Positions 1-12,245 of a stretch of 64,000 bases of DNA are shown here, in pieces. A model generated the notes under the pieces. That model saw only the letters and a program-made list of their open reading frames with translations. It was not told the origin of the DNA and ran no database searches. Made by a program: the position numbers and the translations under genes. Source of the stretch: Eledone cirrhosa. Its lineage: Eukaryota. Positions within the stretch are counted from its first letter, which is position 1; each line of letters starts with the position of its first letter. The stretch lies in the NCBI GenBank assembly GCA_964016885.1, contig OZ024741.1, forward strand, positions 125,488,001 through 125,552,000. The letters are read 5' to 3'.

Positions 1-136
1 TATATAGGAATTCATAAATTTGCACCAAATTTCACTTTATGAGCACCCATATATGTACGTGTGTATGTACACAATATATATATATAATAAAATAAAACAA
101 GGACGCATGGTTACTCCTTCATTACGTTTATTGGTT

Positions 137-201
137 GGTGACGCGCGTTTCACCTTCGATCAGCTCAAGGTTCGATCTGTATCGATCTAGCCCGTCAGAC
201 C
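137..201 (-). ncRNA. Minimal type-I hammerhead ribozyme motif with a core variant (CUGACGG), in a Penelope-like terminal remnant
   Basis: Minus strand reads ggt-CTGACGG-(stem II)-GAAA-C-GCGC-G-TC-acc, followed by AATAAA. Loop III is palindromic. The remnant lies between (TA)n tracts and is the same family as 54859-54945. Confidence 0.55.
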
Positions 202-212
202 CCTTTAGAGGT

Positions 213-246
<34 letters not shown>

Positions 247-455
247 GTAACAGAGTGTTGTAGTTTGCTTGAAGCATTGTTGAATAGGAAACACAACTTT
301 AAATCATTTTGAAAACCATACAATGCATTAGAAAGAAAATCAAGATTGCTAAGATAACAAAAGAATCTTACCTTAGCAAATTTGATAATCCCAGGGAGTA
401 TCCCTATGAGAGATTAAAAGATCAGTCGGAGTTGACTTGCTTGTTTGGAGAGCAG

Positions 456-570
456 ATACATACATACATACATACATACATACATACATACATACATACA
501 TACATACATGTGTATATATAAATATACATAAGCACATACATACATACATACATACATACACATATGCACA
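456..570. repeat. (TACA)n microsatellite
   Basis: Tandem tacatacataca seen directly. Confidence 0.95.
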
Positions 571-989
571 CACCCACAGTTACACACACTTTCATTCTGT
601 GGTGAAATCATCAGAAGTATACATATATATATTGATACATGCAATATCATCATCATCATCGTTTAATATATAAATATATACAAACATATATACATATATA
701 TATGAATATAACACATAAACATTTATATGTAAGTGCTGAGAGAAGCTTTCCTATATATAAACCAAGAACTATGAAACATATTTATGTTTGTATATATGTA
801 TAAATATGTACAGAGAGATAAGGGAGGTGGGAAATACAGATACTGTGGCATGAAACCCCACCCCTACTTGTAAATATAACATGATTGATAAAATGGTGGT
901 GGGAGGTGGAAGAGGAGGAACCATGGGTAGTTTTCAGGTGGTTTGGTATGAAAATGGTTAACACTCTAGATATCTTATTGATTTCTTAC

Positions 990-1085
990 CTTGTTTTCTC
1001 AGATTAATAATATTCCCAGAATTAGTAAAGATTTTGACAAGAAATCCAGACACTTACCTGTAAAAGACAAATAAATTATACATTA
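990..1085 (-). promoter_or_regulatory. Candidate recursive splice site (AG|GTAAGT at 1058/1057) with a 68-nt cryptic exon (1057-990)
   Basis: Minus strand reads aatttatttgtcttttaCAG|GTAAGTgtc, then 68 nt ending in AAG|GTAAGA. Confidence 0.55.
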
Positions 1086-1159
1086 CAATCAAACAGAAGA
1101 ATAGTATACATTTTAGATTTGATAACAATATATATAGTTTTATAAATAACATATCCTAT

Positions 1160-1441
1160 CATATCCAAATTGAGAGATCACAGCTCCGATATTAAGGGCA
1201 TGTGGTTAGAATGTCTCAGGAAAGAATAGCTGGACAGATTTTATGGGCAAAACCAATAAGCAGGAGACCCAGGAGTAGACCTCGAGCAAGATGGTTGGAT
1301 AACATCCATGAGCTTAGCCTGTCACGCTTGGGGATCCAGCCAGACCGGGTGAAGACGGTTGCTTCTGACAGGACCTGCTGGAAGGAGTGTTTGAGGTCTC
1401 TGCCCCCACGACCCTCTCAGGAAGAAGGAGAAGGAGAAGAA
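1160..1441 (+). mobile_element. RTE-clade LINE 3' fragment
   Basis: Encodes IERSQLRY*GHVVRMSQERIAGQILWAKP..RPRARWLD, typical of the RTE C-terminus, and ends in a (GAA)n-like tail. Confidence 0.75.
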
Positions 1442-1780
1442 CAGTTGTGAGAGCAATCCGACACTAAAATATACAATTAGTCGCCTACAGAGATGTAATG
1501 TGTATGAATGATGATTGAGTGAAGAGTGAAGAGGTGTGAAGAGGAGTTATGAATGGATGGAAGATGTGGAAGAGGAAGACCAAGATAGAAAGATGTGGGC
1601 AGAATTGGTGAAAGTTGTTGATTTCAGGATGTTGAACTTTACAAAGGAAATGACAAAAGAAACAAATGGAGAGATGATGTGCTAGATGGAGAAACCTTGT
1701 CTAACCCATAACGGTGGTGCAAGGCATTAAAACAAGTACACAACAACAAATAACAACAACAACAACAACATCAACAATAC

Positions 1781-2224
1781 TAATAATGGTTTCTACTTTA
1801 AGCACAAGGCCAGCAATTTGGGGCAAAAGGAAAGTCGATTAAATCAACCCCAGTGCATTACTGGTGCTTTATTTTATCGACCCTGTAAGGATGAAAGGCA
1901 AAGCTAACCTCGGTGGGAGTTGAACTCAGACTGTAAAGGGATGTAACTCAATGCTTTGAAGCAGGGTGTTGGCTGCTCTATCAATTCTGCCAATCCACCT
2001 ACCTCCCTTTGTTTCTGATTTTAGCACAAGGCCAATAATTTTGGGGAAGGGAAACTTGATTAAATCGACCCCAGTGCATTACTGTTGCTTTATTTTATTG
2101 ACCCTGTAAGGATGAAAGGCAAAGCTAACCTCAGTGGAATTTGACCACAGAACGTAAAAGGCCATAACTCTATGCTACAAAGCATGTTGTCCAACGCTCT
2201 GCCCATACTGCCAACCTGCCGCCC
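1781..2224 (-). mobile_element. Two tandem copies of the dominant tRNA-derived SINE (family 1, (ATT)n tail)
   Basis: B-box-like GAGTTCAAATCC, a central gcctttcatccttacggggtcgataaaataaagtaccag domain, and a 3' end ggccttgtgcctaaagtagaaac(att)n. Many copies occur across the window. Confidence 0.85.
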
Positions 2225-2385
2225 TCACAACAACATATAGTAATAACATCAACATAAACAATAATAATAATAATTTTGTATTAGCCTCAAGAGCTTGTAC
2301 ATTAATTAATGAAGAATTTGGAGGGATTTAATAAAATTAATTATTTCATTACTAAGATAGTAACTTAACATATGGTCCTAATCTA

Positions 2386-3339
2386 TCTATATATATATAA
2401 AACTGTGGTTGTCTGTCTGTCTATCGATTTTTGGCACACATCTCCTCTTAGAATCTCTCACGGAATTGCACCGAAATTGCTATACTTGTACATTGAGCCC
2501 TAGCGAAGACATCGGAAAAAAAATATTTCAAATTGACCCACCCTATGTGACGAAATCGAATATAATGTATCGATTTTTGAGCGTAAGTTATCAGTTATTT
2601 CCCTTTGTTCTGTTTACATTGAGCGTCTTACGTAAAAAATTACGCTGGCTTTCTCAGCGTTTAAAATGACATTAACACAATACACGAACGAACAGTTGTC
2701 GAGCCAGCAAAATATTGACCAGCAAAATTCATCAGTTCGAACACTAAGCTTCCGTTTTGCTTCATTTCCATTTAAAAGCATTTTAAAACAATATTTTTAC
2801 TTGAAAACAAGTCTATTTAAAGACTACGTAAAACAAGCAAATATTTCGTCGTTAGGCGTGCAGACAGACAGTCGTGCAGACAGACAGTCGTGCAGAGAGG
2901 TGATATACGCGTGCAGACAGACAGTCGTGCAGAGAGGTGATATAGGCGTGCAGACAGACAGTCGTGCAGAGAGGTGATATAGGCGTGCAGACAGACAGTC
3001 GTGCAGAGAGGTGATATAGGCGTGCAGACAGACATAACTGATAATTTGGTTACGCTAATGTTTTTCTCTGCGTTGCAGTGTTTACATTTTCGATCTTTGT
3101 TAATAAATAACCAGTGTAGTTTCTATCCCCAGCATCCTCTTTTGTTATAACATTCGGGTTATCGTTATGTTTTCTTAACTTCATAAGGCATATTGTTGGT
3201 TGAGGGAATATTAATCAAAAACACCACATGCAAGTCTGCACAGTAGACACTACAGTTTTTAAGCCAAGAAAGAAACTTAACATTGTAACTTTAACACAGC
3301 TACTGAGCGACCCCGAGCAACGCCGGGCTTTACTGCTAG
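2386..3339 (+). mobile_element. Non-autonomous Helitron
   Basis: 5' TCTATATATA..., 3' hairpin cccgagcaacgccggg followed by CTAG, inserted between A and T. Confidence 0.75.
2853..3033. repeat. 37-bp minisatellite inside the Helitron
   Basis: Unit taggcgtgcagacagacagtcgtgcagagaggtgata, about 4-5 copies. Confidence 0.9.
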
Positions 3340-3375
3340 TACTGTATAAAATTATGCTGGAAGGTTTTAATTTAA

Positions 3376-3582
3376 CCCTTTAGCATTTACATTACGCTAT
3401 ATATACTATTATATTTTCACAGTAAAGGCTTTATTTCACATGATAACGAATCTATGAAACTTTAATATTATTGATTTTGAGAACAATACCTTTATATCAG
3501 TATGAGTGGCCAGATACAGCCAGTTTGAGCAGAAAGAGGTGAGAGAATTCTGGCTGAATACAGCCAGTTATTTGCTAAAGGG
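3376..3582. mobile_element. piggyBac-type MITE
   Basis: TTAA|CCCTTTAGCA ... TGCTAAAGGG|TTAA: terminal inverted repeats with a TTAA target duplication. Confidence 0.8.
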
Positions 3583-3736
3583 TTAAATAGGAACTCTTTA
3601 AAATAGGTGGTTTTGTTTCATAGAACCAGAACTGGTTTGAGCTGGTTTGGCAGTATAATGGAGCCCTTGTCATACTAAATCCTGCAACACATATTGTCCT
3701 CCAATCTAGCAATTTAATCAAACTACCATCATCATA

Positions 3737-3827
3737 CAGGATGTCCCCAAAAAATGTATACATACTTTGATTACCTGTACAGGCAATATTTATTAGAATG
3801 CTATATAAATTTTTTGGTGACACCCTG
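3737..3827. mobile_element. Short Tc1-like MITE
   Basis: ta-caggatgtccccaaaaaat ... atttttttggtgacaccctg inverted ends. Confidence 0.55.
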
Positions 3828-4084
3828 AATATCAAAGGTAATAATATCCACGAATGACTAATGTAGCTTTAGATTTCTCTCTCCACACAATTATTCCCAC
3901 TCAGCTTCTCAATACACTGAAGTGCAGTGAAATATATTAACACTAACCTAACTGAAAAATCAATAATATTGTTTGTATAGATTATCAGTGAACGTGTGAA
4001 TCAGTCAGAACGACACGGAGGTCAATAAAGATGTCCAACTACTAATGGAACTACCAACTGTTTATATATGTTACACAATAGTGT

Positions 4085-4530
4085 GATATAGAGGAGTGTC
4101 ACGGAAGAATGTCACACAACTATCACATAGAGGAGTGACATACAGTGATGTCACATAGAGGAGTGTCACAGTGATGTCACAGAAGAATGTCATGGTGATG
4201 TCACAGAAGAATGTCACATAGAGGAGTGTCACACAGTGATGTCACATAGAGGAGTGTCACACAGTGATGTCACAGAAGAATGTCACATAGAGGAGTGTCA
4301 CACAGTGAAATCACAGAAGAATGTCAAATAGAGACGTGTCACAGAGAATGTCACACAACAGTATCACAGACAAGTGTTACACAGTAATGTTACACAACAG
4401 TGTCACAGACTAGCATTACACAAACAGTAGTGTCATAGAACAATGTCTCACATTGGTGTCAAGAACCAGTCACACAGCAAGTCCACCTAGCAGTGTCACA
4501 CATCTGTCACACATCAATGTTACACATCAA
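4085..4530. repeat. Degenerate minisatellite of gtgtcacac/gtgatgtcac units
   Basis: Repeated aggagtgtcacacagtgatgtcacagaagaatgtcac motifs. Confidence 0.8.
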
Positions 4531-4971
4531 AAAACATCTCCTCAATGACACAAATATATATTATATCATATTTTAGGGACCCACGCTTCTCAATGGCTCA
4601 CTTGTGGGCTGTGGCCCACCTGTTGCTAATCGTTGTTGTATGGTGTCAAAATATGTAAAGCTACAGAGCTAAATAAATTACATTAACAGAAATGATAGAA
4701 AAGACAAAGGAAAGCAGGAGATGTGGGCAGTTTGCAATGAGTGTAAAATATCTCAGATTATGATATAAATATAATAAAACCTATTATATTATTCATAATA
4801 TGTTATTACCATATTTTTTTCACTGTCACTACAATATCGATTACTTTCACATACATATATAGCTACACATAGTGAAGAATAAGAATGACTCACAGAGAAC
4901 CTCGTTCTTGCTTGGTTAGCATCACCCTTTTACTACCTTAACTACTACTACTACTACTAGGATTAATAAAG

Positions 4972-5835
4972 CGTGGTGAATTGGTAAAATCATTAGAGAG
5001 GTGGAGAAAATGATTTGTAGCATTTAAGTTATGGCCTTTTATGACCAGAGTTCAAATCCCATTGAAGTCAACTTTGTCTTTCATACTTTAGGGGTCGATA
5101 ATATAAATTACCAGTATTGCACTGGGGTTGATTTAATCGACTTACCCCCCCCCCCCACTAAAATTGTTGGCCTTGTGCCATACTCAGAAACCATTATTAT
5201 TATTATCATTATTAGGAGAAGGGCGGGGTGGATTGGCAGTATCAGTAGAGCGTTGGCCACCATGCTTCATCGCATGGAATTACGGCCCTTTACGTTCTGA
5301 GTTCAAATACCGCCAAGGTTAGCTTTGCCTTTCATCCTTACGGGGTTGATAAAATAAAGTACCAGTAATGTACTGGTGTTGATTTAATAGACTTTCCCTT
5401 CCTCTTCAAACTGCTGACCTTGTGCCTAAAGTAGAAACAATTATTATTATTATTATTATTGATATTATTAGGGTAGTGGATTGGTTGTATCAGTGAGAGA
5501 GTCAGATGCCATGCTTTGCAGCATAGAGTTACGGTCCTTTACAGTCTGAGTTCAAATCCTGCCAAGGTTAGCTTTGCCTTTCATCCTTACGGGTTCGATA
5601 AAATAAAGTACCAGTAATGTACTGGAGTCGATATAATCTACTTTCCCCACCCCCAAAAATGTTGGCCTTGTGCCTAAATTAGAAACCATTATTAGGGTGG
5701 TGTAATGGCAAAATAGGTAGAGTGTTGGAGTAAATGCCTTAAGGTATTTAGTTACGGTTCTTTACATTCTGAGTTCAAATCCCACAAAGGTCAACCTTGC
5801 CTTTCATCCTTCCATGGTTGATAAATAAAATACAG
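4972..5835 (+). mobile_element. Cluster of four head-to-tail family-1 SINEs joined through (ATT)n tails
   Basis: The SINE body is repeated four times, with copies separated by attattatt. Confidence 0.85.
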
Positions 5836-6257
5836 GTTTAAAGTGGTGGACTTGAGGGATCATTAAAGCCTTATAGAAGCTGCTTTGTTTTATTTGTTCC
5901 AGTGCTTTCCATGCTGAATCTTTCATCTGATCAGGGGGCTGAACAGCAATAATAGTAGCAACAGCAGCAAAAACAGCAACAGTATCAATAGTAGTAATAG
6001 CTGTAGCAGCAGCAACAGCAACAGCAACAACAACAGCAGCAGCAGCAGCAATAACAGCAATAGTAATAGTAGTAGCAGCAACAACAGCAATAGCAGCAAC
6101 CACAACGCCAATAGCAGCATTAGCAGCAATAACAACAACAACTACAACACCAGCAACAGCAACAACAACAGCAGCAGCACTTCTAATAACAATAGTAGCA
6201 GCAACGACAACAACAACAGCAACAACATCAACAACAAAGGCAAAAAACAACAACAGC

Positions 6258-6300
<43 letters not shown>

Positions 6301-6473
6301 TGGTTAAAGAAAATTGGCCCTGCCACGCTTTTTGGAACGCTTCAAAAGGCATGCTTGCTGGGAACAGCAAGAACCCGCCGATATGTCCTGAATATCTGAG
6401 GCTGCAGGTAGTGGCTTGATATTCATTTCAACAAACTTTCCAGTTAACTAACATCAATGACTGAGACTCAAAG
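6301..6473 (+). mobile_element. Dong/R4-clade LINE family B, 3' terminal fragment in (AAT)n
   Basis: Near-identical to the reverse complement of about 57916-58088 (LFGTLQKACLLGTAR..YVLNI* plus the 3' UTR). Confidence 0.85.
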
Positions 6474-6506
6474 GACAACGATAGTGATAATAATAATAAT
6501 AATAAT

Positions 6507-8957
6507 GATTTCATTTATTAGCCACAAGGGCCGACATGTAGGGGACAATACAAAGACAGGGACAGTGGGGGTTTACAATAAGGTCGAGTAAAAGTGCACA
6601 ATGGCAAGACTAATTTAACAATGAAAATATAAAATATAAAATAAACTATGCAAAATATAACAAAATAAATTCCCCGATAGGGGGTAGACGACCCTGGGGT
6701 GATTCGGGTACCCCACCAATCCTGAACCACCCTGCGCTTCTAGGGCACCCAGGAGAGCACCCCTCTCCTCAAGTTAGCTAGCCTATAGGCGCATGGTCAG
6801 AGTAGGCCCATTCACACGAGCCATTCTCGCCACATTCACCCACCTTTTAGCAAATGTACTGGGGGGCAGCACTTCTCTCTCCACCCACACTCTCCTTTCC
6901 AGGTGAAATTTGAAGAAGTTGATGAGGGATTGGCCGAAGAGAAAAGTGTCTGTCTTTAGTCCTTTCAACCTGGTCCACCATATAATCTCTTTCGCAACTG
7001 CCACCAGACAGAGGAAAATGTCCTGCTCTTCCTGACCTAAGGAAGGTGGCGGCTCGATCTTCACTATGGACTCGGCCGATAACTGGATTCGTTCCACACG
7101 CGACAGTAGCTGTTCGACATAACTCCACAAGTCAGTAATGCACGGACATTGGACAAGTGCGTGCAGAACGGTTTTGTCGTTCTGTGCGCATCTTGGGCAG
7201 GTCCGTCTGACAGCACTTCCGTGCCTGTAGAGTTTATCCCGAACCGGCAGTGACCCCCGGTAGCACTGCCAAGCGAGGGATTTCTGGAAATTGTCCATCG
7301 TCCCCGGCTCAAAAGTCCTCCGGTACAGACTGGTCAGTTCGACTTCGTCGAGGCCCAAAGCTTCTCCGAGTGCGTCATCGCACTTGCCCACCACTAATCC
7401 TCTATAGAACACGAGAGTGGAAGTTCCACTGATCGCATTGCCCGCTTGGTAGAGGGCAGTGAGTGCCTGGCAACATTCCAGGTGCCAGTCACCCAGTCTC
7501 GGTCTCTTCTTGACCTAGGACTGCAGCTCAGTCAAAGAAATGAGCTGCGGAAAGGCCCGTCTGATAAACGGCGACCACACCTGTTCACCATTGAGGCAGA
7601 ATATCTGGAGATGTCGCAGCCTCAACGCATGTCTGCGCATCATTAGCCACGGCATTCCCAGCCCTCCGCGTAGAGGGTGCTGGCAGCAGATGGACCGCCT
7701 CACCAACGGAACTTGTCCCCTCCACAAGAATTTGAAGAGGAGCCGTTCCAACTTGACGAGGCGCGGACGGGGGCAAGGCACGACGGTTAGGCGGTAATAG
7801 ATGACGGACGCGATGTACGCATTCGCCACCTCCGCGCGACCTTTCAGTGATAGCTTCCTCCCAGCCCATTTTTGGGTGAGACTGGCTACTTTGCTTGTTA
7901 CCTCGTCCCAATTCTTTTCCACCTGGAGGTCTGGTCCGAACCAAACTCCGAGCAACTTTACTGGTCCGTCCGTCCAGCGCCCCACGACGCTGTTGGACGG
8001 CATGGGCTTGCCTCTCCAGGTTCCGAGCTGCAAGCCCACCGACTTTTCCGGGTTAAGTTTGGCTCCTGTCAACCTTTCATATTCCTTCAATAAGGTGCCG
8101 ACCACCTCGATTTCTGAGGTGTTCGACACCATCACGGTGATGTCGTCCGCATAAGCCGACACCGCTTTTCCATAACCCGGTTCGAGCGGGATGCCCTGCA
8201 ACAGCTCCAGCTTCCGCAGTAAAGGCTCGAGAGTCAATACGTACAGAAGGGAAGAGAGAGGGCACTCTTGACGGACCGATCGGGAGAGCCGAAATGGTTC
8301 CGAGAGGTGGCCATTAACCTTGACCACCGAGCGTGTGCCACTGTGCATTGCAACGATCCAGCTTCTAAAGACAGGGCCGAAGCCAGCTGCTTTGAGGACA
8401 AACTCCAGATACCGATGGTCGACCCTATCGAATGCTTTCGATTGATCTAAATTGATCAGTGCCCCACCGAAGCCAGGTTTACACCCTACTCTCTCTATGA
8501 TGTATCGCATGAGGTGGAGATTGTCGTGTATGGACCTGGCTGGGATTGCGCAAGTTTGCGCCTCCCCAACCAAATCCTCGACGACAAGCGCCAATCTCTT
8601 TGCTAACACCTTGGCCAAAATCTTAAACTCTGTGTTGAGCAGAGTTATGGGCCTGAAGTTATCTAATGTATCCCTCTTGTTCTCGTCTTTCCTTATCAGC
8701 GTCACCACTCCCCTGCTCACAGAACTGGGAATACTCCCATTCTGCTGCCAGTTACAGTAGAGTGCTTCGAGGAGTTCGGAGAACAAGTCTGGCATATTTA
8801 CGTAAAGCTCGTAGGGCAGGCCATCCAAGCCGGGTGACTTGCGCCTCATGCAGCCGACAAGGGCGTCCTGAATTTCGGCTGAAGTAATCGGCCTTTCGCA
8901 GCGCTCAGCGTCGACCGTCGAGATGCGCGGCAAGCCGTCAAGGTAGGGACTGAAATC
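6507..8957 (-). mobile_element. 5'-truncated Tx1/L1-clade LINE in an (AAT)n tract
   Basis: RT ORF, C-terminal zinc-binding region, 3' UTR ending AATAAA-tgaaatc-(ATT)n, with (AAT)n at both junctions. Confidence 0.85.
6783..8957 (-). pseudogene. Tx1/L1 ORF2 (reverse transcriptase plus zf-RVT-like CPRC..H....C) with one premature stop at 7515-7517
   Basis: Motifs KSPGLDG, NFRPITLLN, DQSKAFDRVDH, VRQECPLS and AYADD. ORFs 7515-9005 and 6783-7412 are in the same frame, joined by 34 open codons after a single TAG. Confidence 0.85.
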
Positions 8958-8989
<32 letters not shown>

Positions 8990-9001
8990 TTTCTTTATTT
9001 A

Positions 9002-9042
<41 letters not shown>

Positions 9043-9103
9043 GCTGTTGTTGTTTTTTGCCTTTGTTGTTAATAATAATAATAATTAATAATAATAATAA
9101 TAA

Positions 9104-11111
9104 ATTGTCATAATAGACACAAAAATCTATCAATTGATTGGATAGATTATAAAAAAAGCATTCGATAGTTTGCCACACAGTTAGATTGAAAAATGTTTAG
9201 AGATTTTCAAAATATCTCCCGTTGTCAGGAGGTTCCAGTATGAAGACATGGAAAATTACACTCCTTTTGAATAGTGAAAAGGAATCACTAGAAGCTGGAG
9301 AAGTTAATATTAATTGTGGAATTTTTCAGGGTGACTTTTTATCACCGCTTTTATTCTGCATCGCACTTATACCATTAAGTAAAATGCTCAATGAAACAAA
9401 ACATGGATATAAAGTCTATGACAAAACCATTAATCACTTGTTCTACATGGATGACCTGAAACTATTTGCAAAAAATGATGAACAATTGCAAGGGCTATTA
9501 TCCACTGTGGAGCAGTTCAGTGATGACATTAAAATGGAGTTTGGACTAGATAAATGCGCCAAAGCAACGTTCACCAGAGGAAAGCTGCTGAAAAGTTCAG
9601 ACATTAATCTTGATCAGGGGAATGTGATAAGAGAACTTGATCAAGAGGAAACTTACAAATATCTAGGTATTTGTGAAGGAGACAGAATCAAGCACTCGAC
9701 AATGAGGGAAAGGATAAGGAAGGAATGTTACCGCAGAGCAATCTTAAGAACAGAATTGAATGCAAGGAATAGGATCGATGCCATAAACACGCTTGCCATA
9801 CCAGTAGTAACCTACAGTTACAATGTCATCAACTGGTCAAGCACAGAGATCCGTAGGCTCGATACAAAAATTAGAAAATTCTTAACCATGCACAGAATGC
9901 ATCACCCTAAGGCAGATACCGATAGAATATATCTTCCTAGGAAAGAAGGAGGACGTGGGTTAATCCAGTTAGATATTGCGTTGAAAACTGCAACAATTGG
10001 ATTATCTACATATTGGATGATCAAACTCGTTTTGAAACACGAAAGCATCAAAAGATCATACTCCATTACAAAAGATGCACAAAGATAGAGTAATGGACTA
10101 CAAATTTCAAAAGTCCCATTTACTGCTGAAATGGAAAACACAGAAAAAGCAAAGCAGGTAAAAGTAACTGCAAAGAAAGAACTGCTACAGAAACTGGCTA
10201 AGAAATGGCAAGAAAAGCCTCTGTATGGAAAATACCCAGAAAGAGCTAATAATCCTGATGTTGACAAAACTTTAACCCATCAGTGGTTGGCATCCTCTGG
10301 ACTGAAATCGGAGACTGAAGGACTGATTATATCAGCATAAGATCAGTGTCTGCCAACAAAAAATTACCAAGCCAACATAATAAAAAATGGATGCAACCCA
10401 TTGTGCCGTGTATGTAAAAAACAACCAGAGACCATTGATCATATAATTTCAATGTGCAGTCCTATAGCTCCAACCGAATACCTAAACAGGCATGACAGAG
10501 CTGCACAATACATACATTGGATAATGTGTAAGCATTTTGACCTGCCCCATCAAAAGAATTGGTGGGAGCATCAACGACCTCCCATACTTGAAAAAGATCA
10601 CATCTCAATCTTGTGGAACTTTAGCATCCAAACAGACCGAAAAATAGATGCAAATAGACCTGATATACTACTGAAGGACTTTAAAAAGAGAGTATGCCTG
10701 CTAATTGATATGTCCGTTCCAATAGACAAGAATGTATCTATAAAAACATTTGAAAAATTGAGCAAGTATAAGGACCTGGAGATAGAAATTGGAAAAATGT
10801 GGAAATTGAGAACTAAAACAATACCAGTGGTTGTAGGCGCTCTAGGAATGATACCTAAGGGGTCTAATGATTACTTATCGCAAATCCCAGGAAACCCGCG
10901 TATAGGAGAAATACAAAAGATAGTACTAATGGGAACTGCCCATATACTAAGGAAGATTCTGTCAATATAAGTACATCACAAGTCTAAACACTAAAGATGC
11001 ATGTGTGAGTATGTATGTTCTTTCTTGAACATGGCGGACCTTGTTGTCTCTTGAGGTCACTCGTTGTGACTTGGTGATAACTAGTATGAACATAAAGCAA
11101 GATAAATGCAA
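9104..11111 (+). pseudogene. Dong/R4-clade LINE family A, 5'-truncated and decayed (RT, CCHC, restriction-like endonuclease)
   Basis: Motifs GIFQGD, FYMDDLKL, CRVC..H....C and RPDI..LIDMSVP..KLSKY. It carries stops and deletions relative to 60524-63616 and is flanked by (AAT)n. Confidence 0.9.
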
Positions 11112-11113
11112 CT

Positions 11114-11152
11114 ATAATAATAATAATAATAATAATAATAGCAGCAGCAGCA

Positions 11153-11187
<35 letters not shown>

Positions 11188-11425
11188 AACGACGACAACA
11201 ACAACTACAACAGCAACAACTACAACAACAGCAACAATTACAAATACAGCTACAACAGCAACAACTACAGCTACAGCTACAACAGCAACAACTACAACTA
11301 CAACAACAACAGCAACAACTACAAATACAGCTACAACAGCAACAACTACAACAACAACTACAACTACAACGACTACAACTACAACTACAACTACAACAAC
11401 TACAACTATAACAACAACAGCAACA
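11114..11425. repeat. Compound AAT/AGC/GAC/AAC-TAC triplet microsatellite
   Basis: Seen directly. Confidence 0.9.
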
Positions 11426-11816
11426 TCAGTAAGGCAAATGAAGTGTGACACAGATAAAAACTATTTCAACCATTTCTGTGAGGTGTGATACTCTTCAAGT
11501 GTTGAAGAACACTTTCCATTAAAATCATCAGCTCACAGTAAATATTTATTTCTCTAGGATAGATTCCAAAGTGGGAGATGGATTCCAAATATAAACAAAA
11601 AGTGCAAAATCTTTCATAAAATGGTAAAATATCAAACGCACCATTCTTTATTGGAAATTTCCAAGAAAAAAGATAGAACAGCACAATAATTGAATATTAT
11701 TACAACAGCAGGAGCTACAACATAACAACAGTAGCAGCAGCATCAATAGCAACAACAGCAGCAGTGACAACAGCAGCAATGACAACAGCAGCATCAACAG
11801 TAACAACAGCAACAAT

Positions 11817-12245
11817 AATTGTTTCTACTTTTGGCACAAGGCCATCAATCACCCCCAGTGCATTACTGGTATTTTATTTTATCGACTCTGTAAAGATGAA
11901 AGGCAAAGTTAACCTTGGCGGGATTTGAACTCAGACCTTAAAGGGACATAACTCTATGCTGTGAAGCAGGGTGTCCAACGCTCTACCAATACTGCCAATC
12001 CACCGCAACAATAACGACAGCAGCAGTAGCAGCAATAGCAACAACAACAATAATAATAATTGTTTCTACTTTAGGCACAAGGGCAGCAATTACCCAGTAC
12101 ATTACTGGTACTTTATTTTATCGACCCCGTAAGGATGAAAGGCAAAGTTAACCTCGGGGGGATTTGAACTCGGAATGTAAAGGGCCGTAACTCTATGCTG
12201 TGAAGCAGGGTGTCCAATGCTCTACCGATACTGCCAATCCATCAC
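11817..12245 (-). mobile_element. Two family-1 SINE copies within CAA/CAG repeats
   Basis: Same SINE body in reverse orientation. Confidence 0.85.

Noticed and set aside
2853-3033. 37-bp repeats superficially CRISPR-like (also the 84-bp repeats at 36395-36614)
   Set aside because: Contiguous tandem units with no unique spacers, a eukaryotic TE context and no cas genes.
7540-8887. Plus-strand ORFs overlapping the Tx1 RT (and antisense ORFs over the Dong copies)
   Set aside because: Shadow frames of the retrotransposon coding strand.
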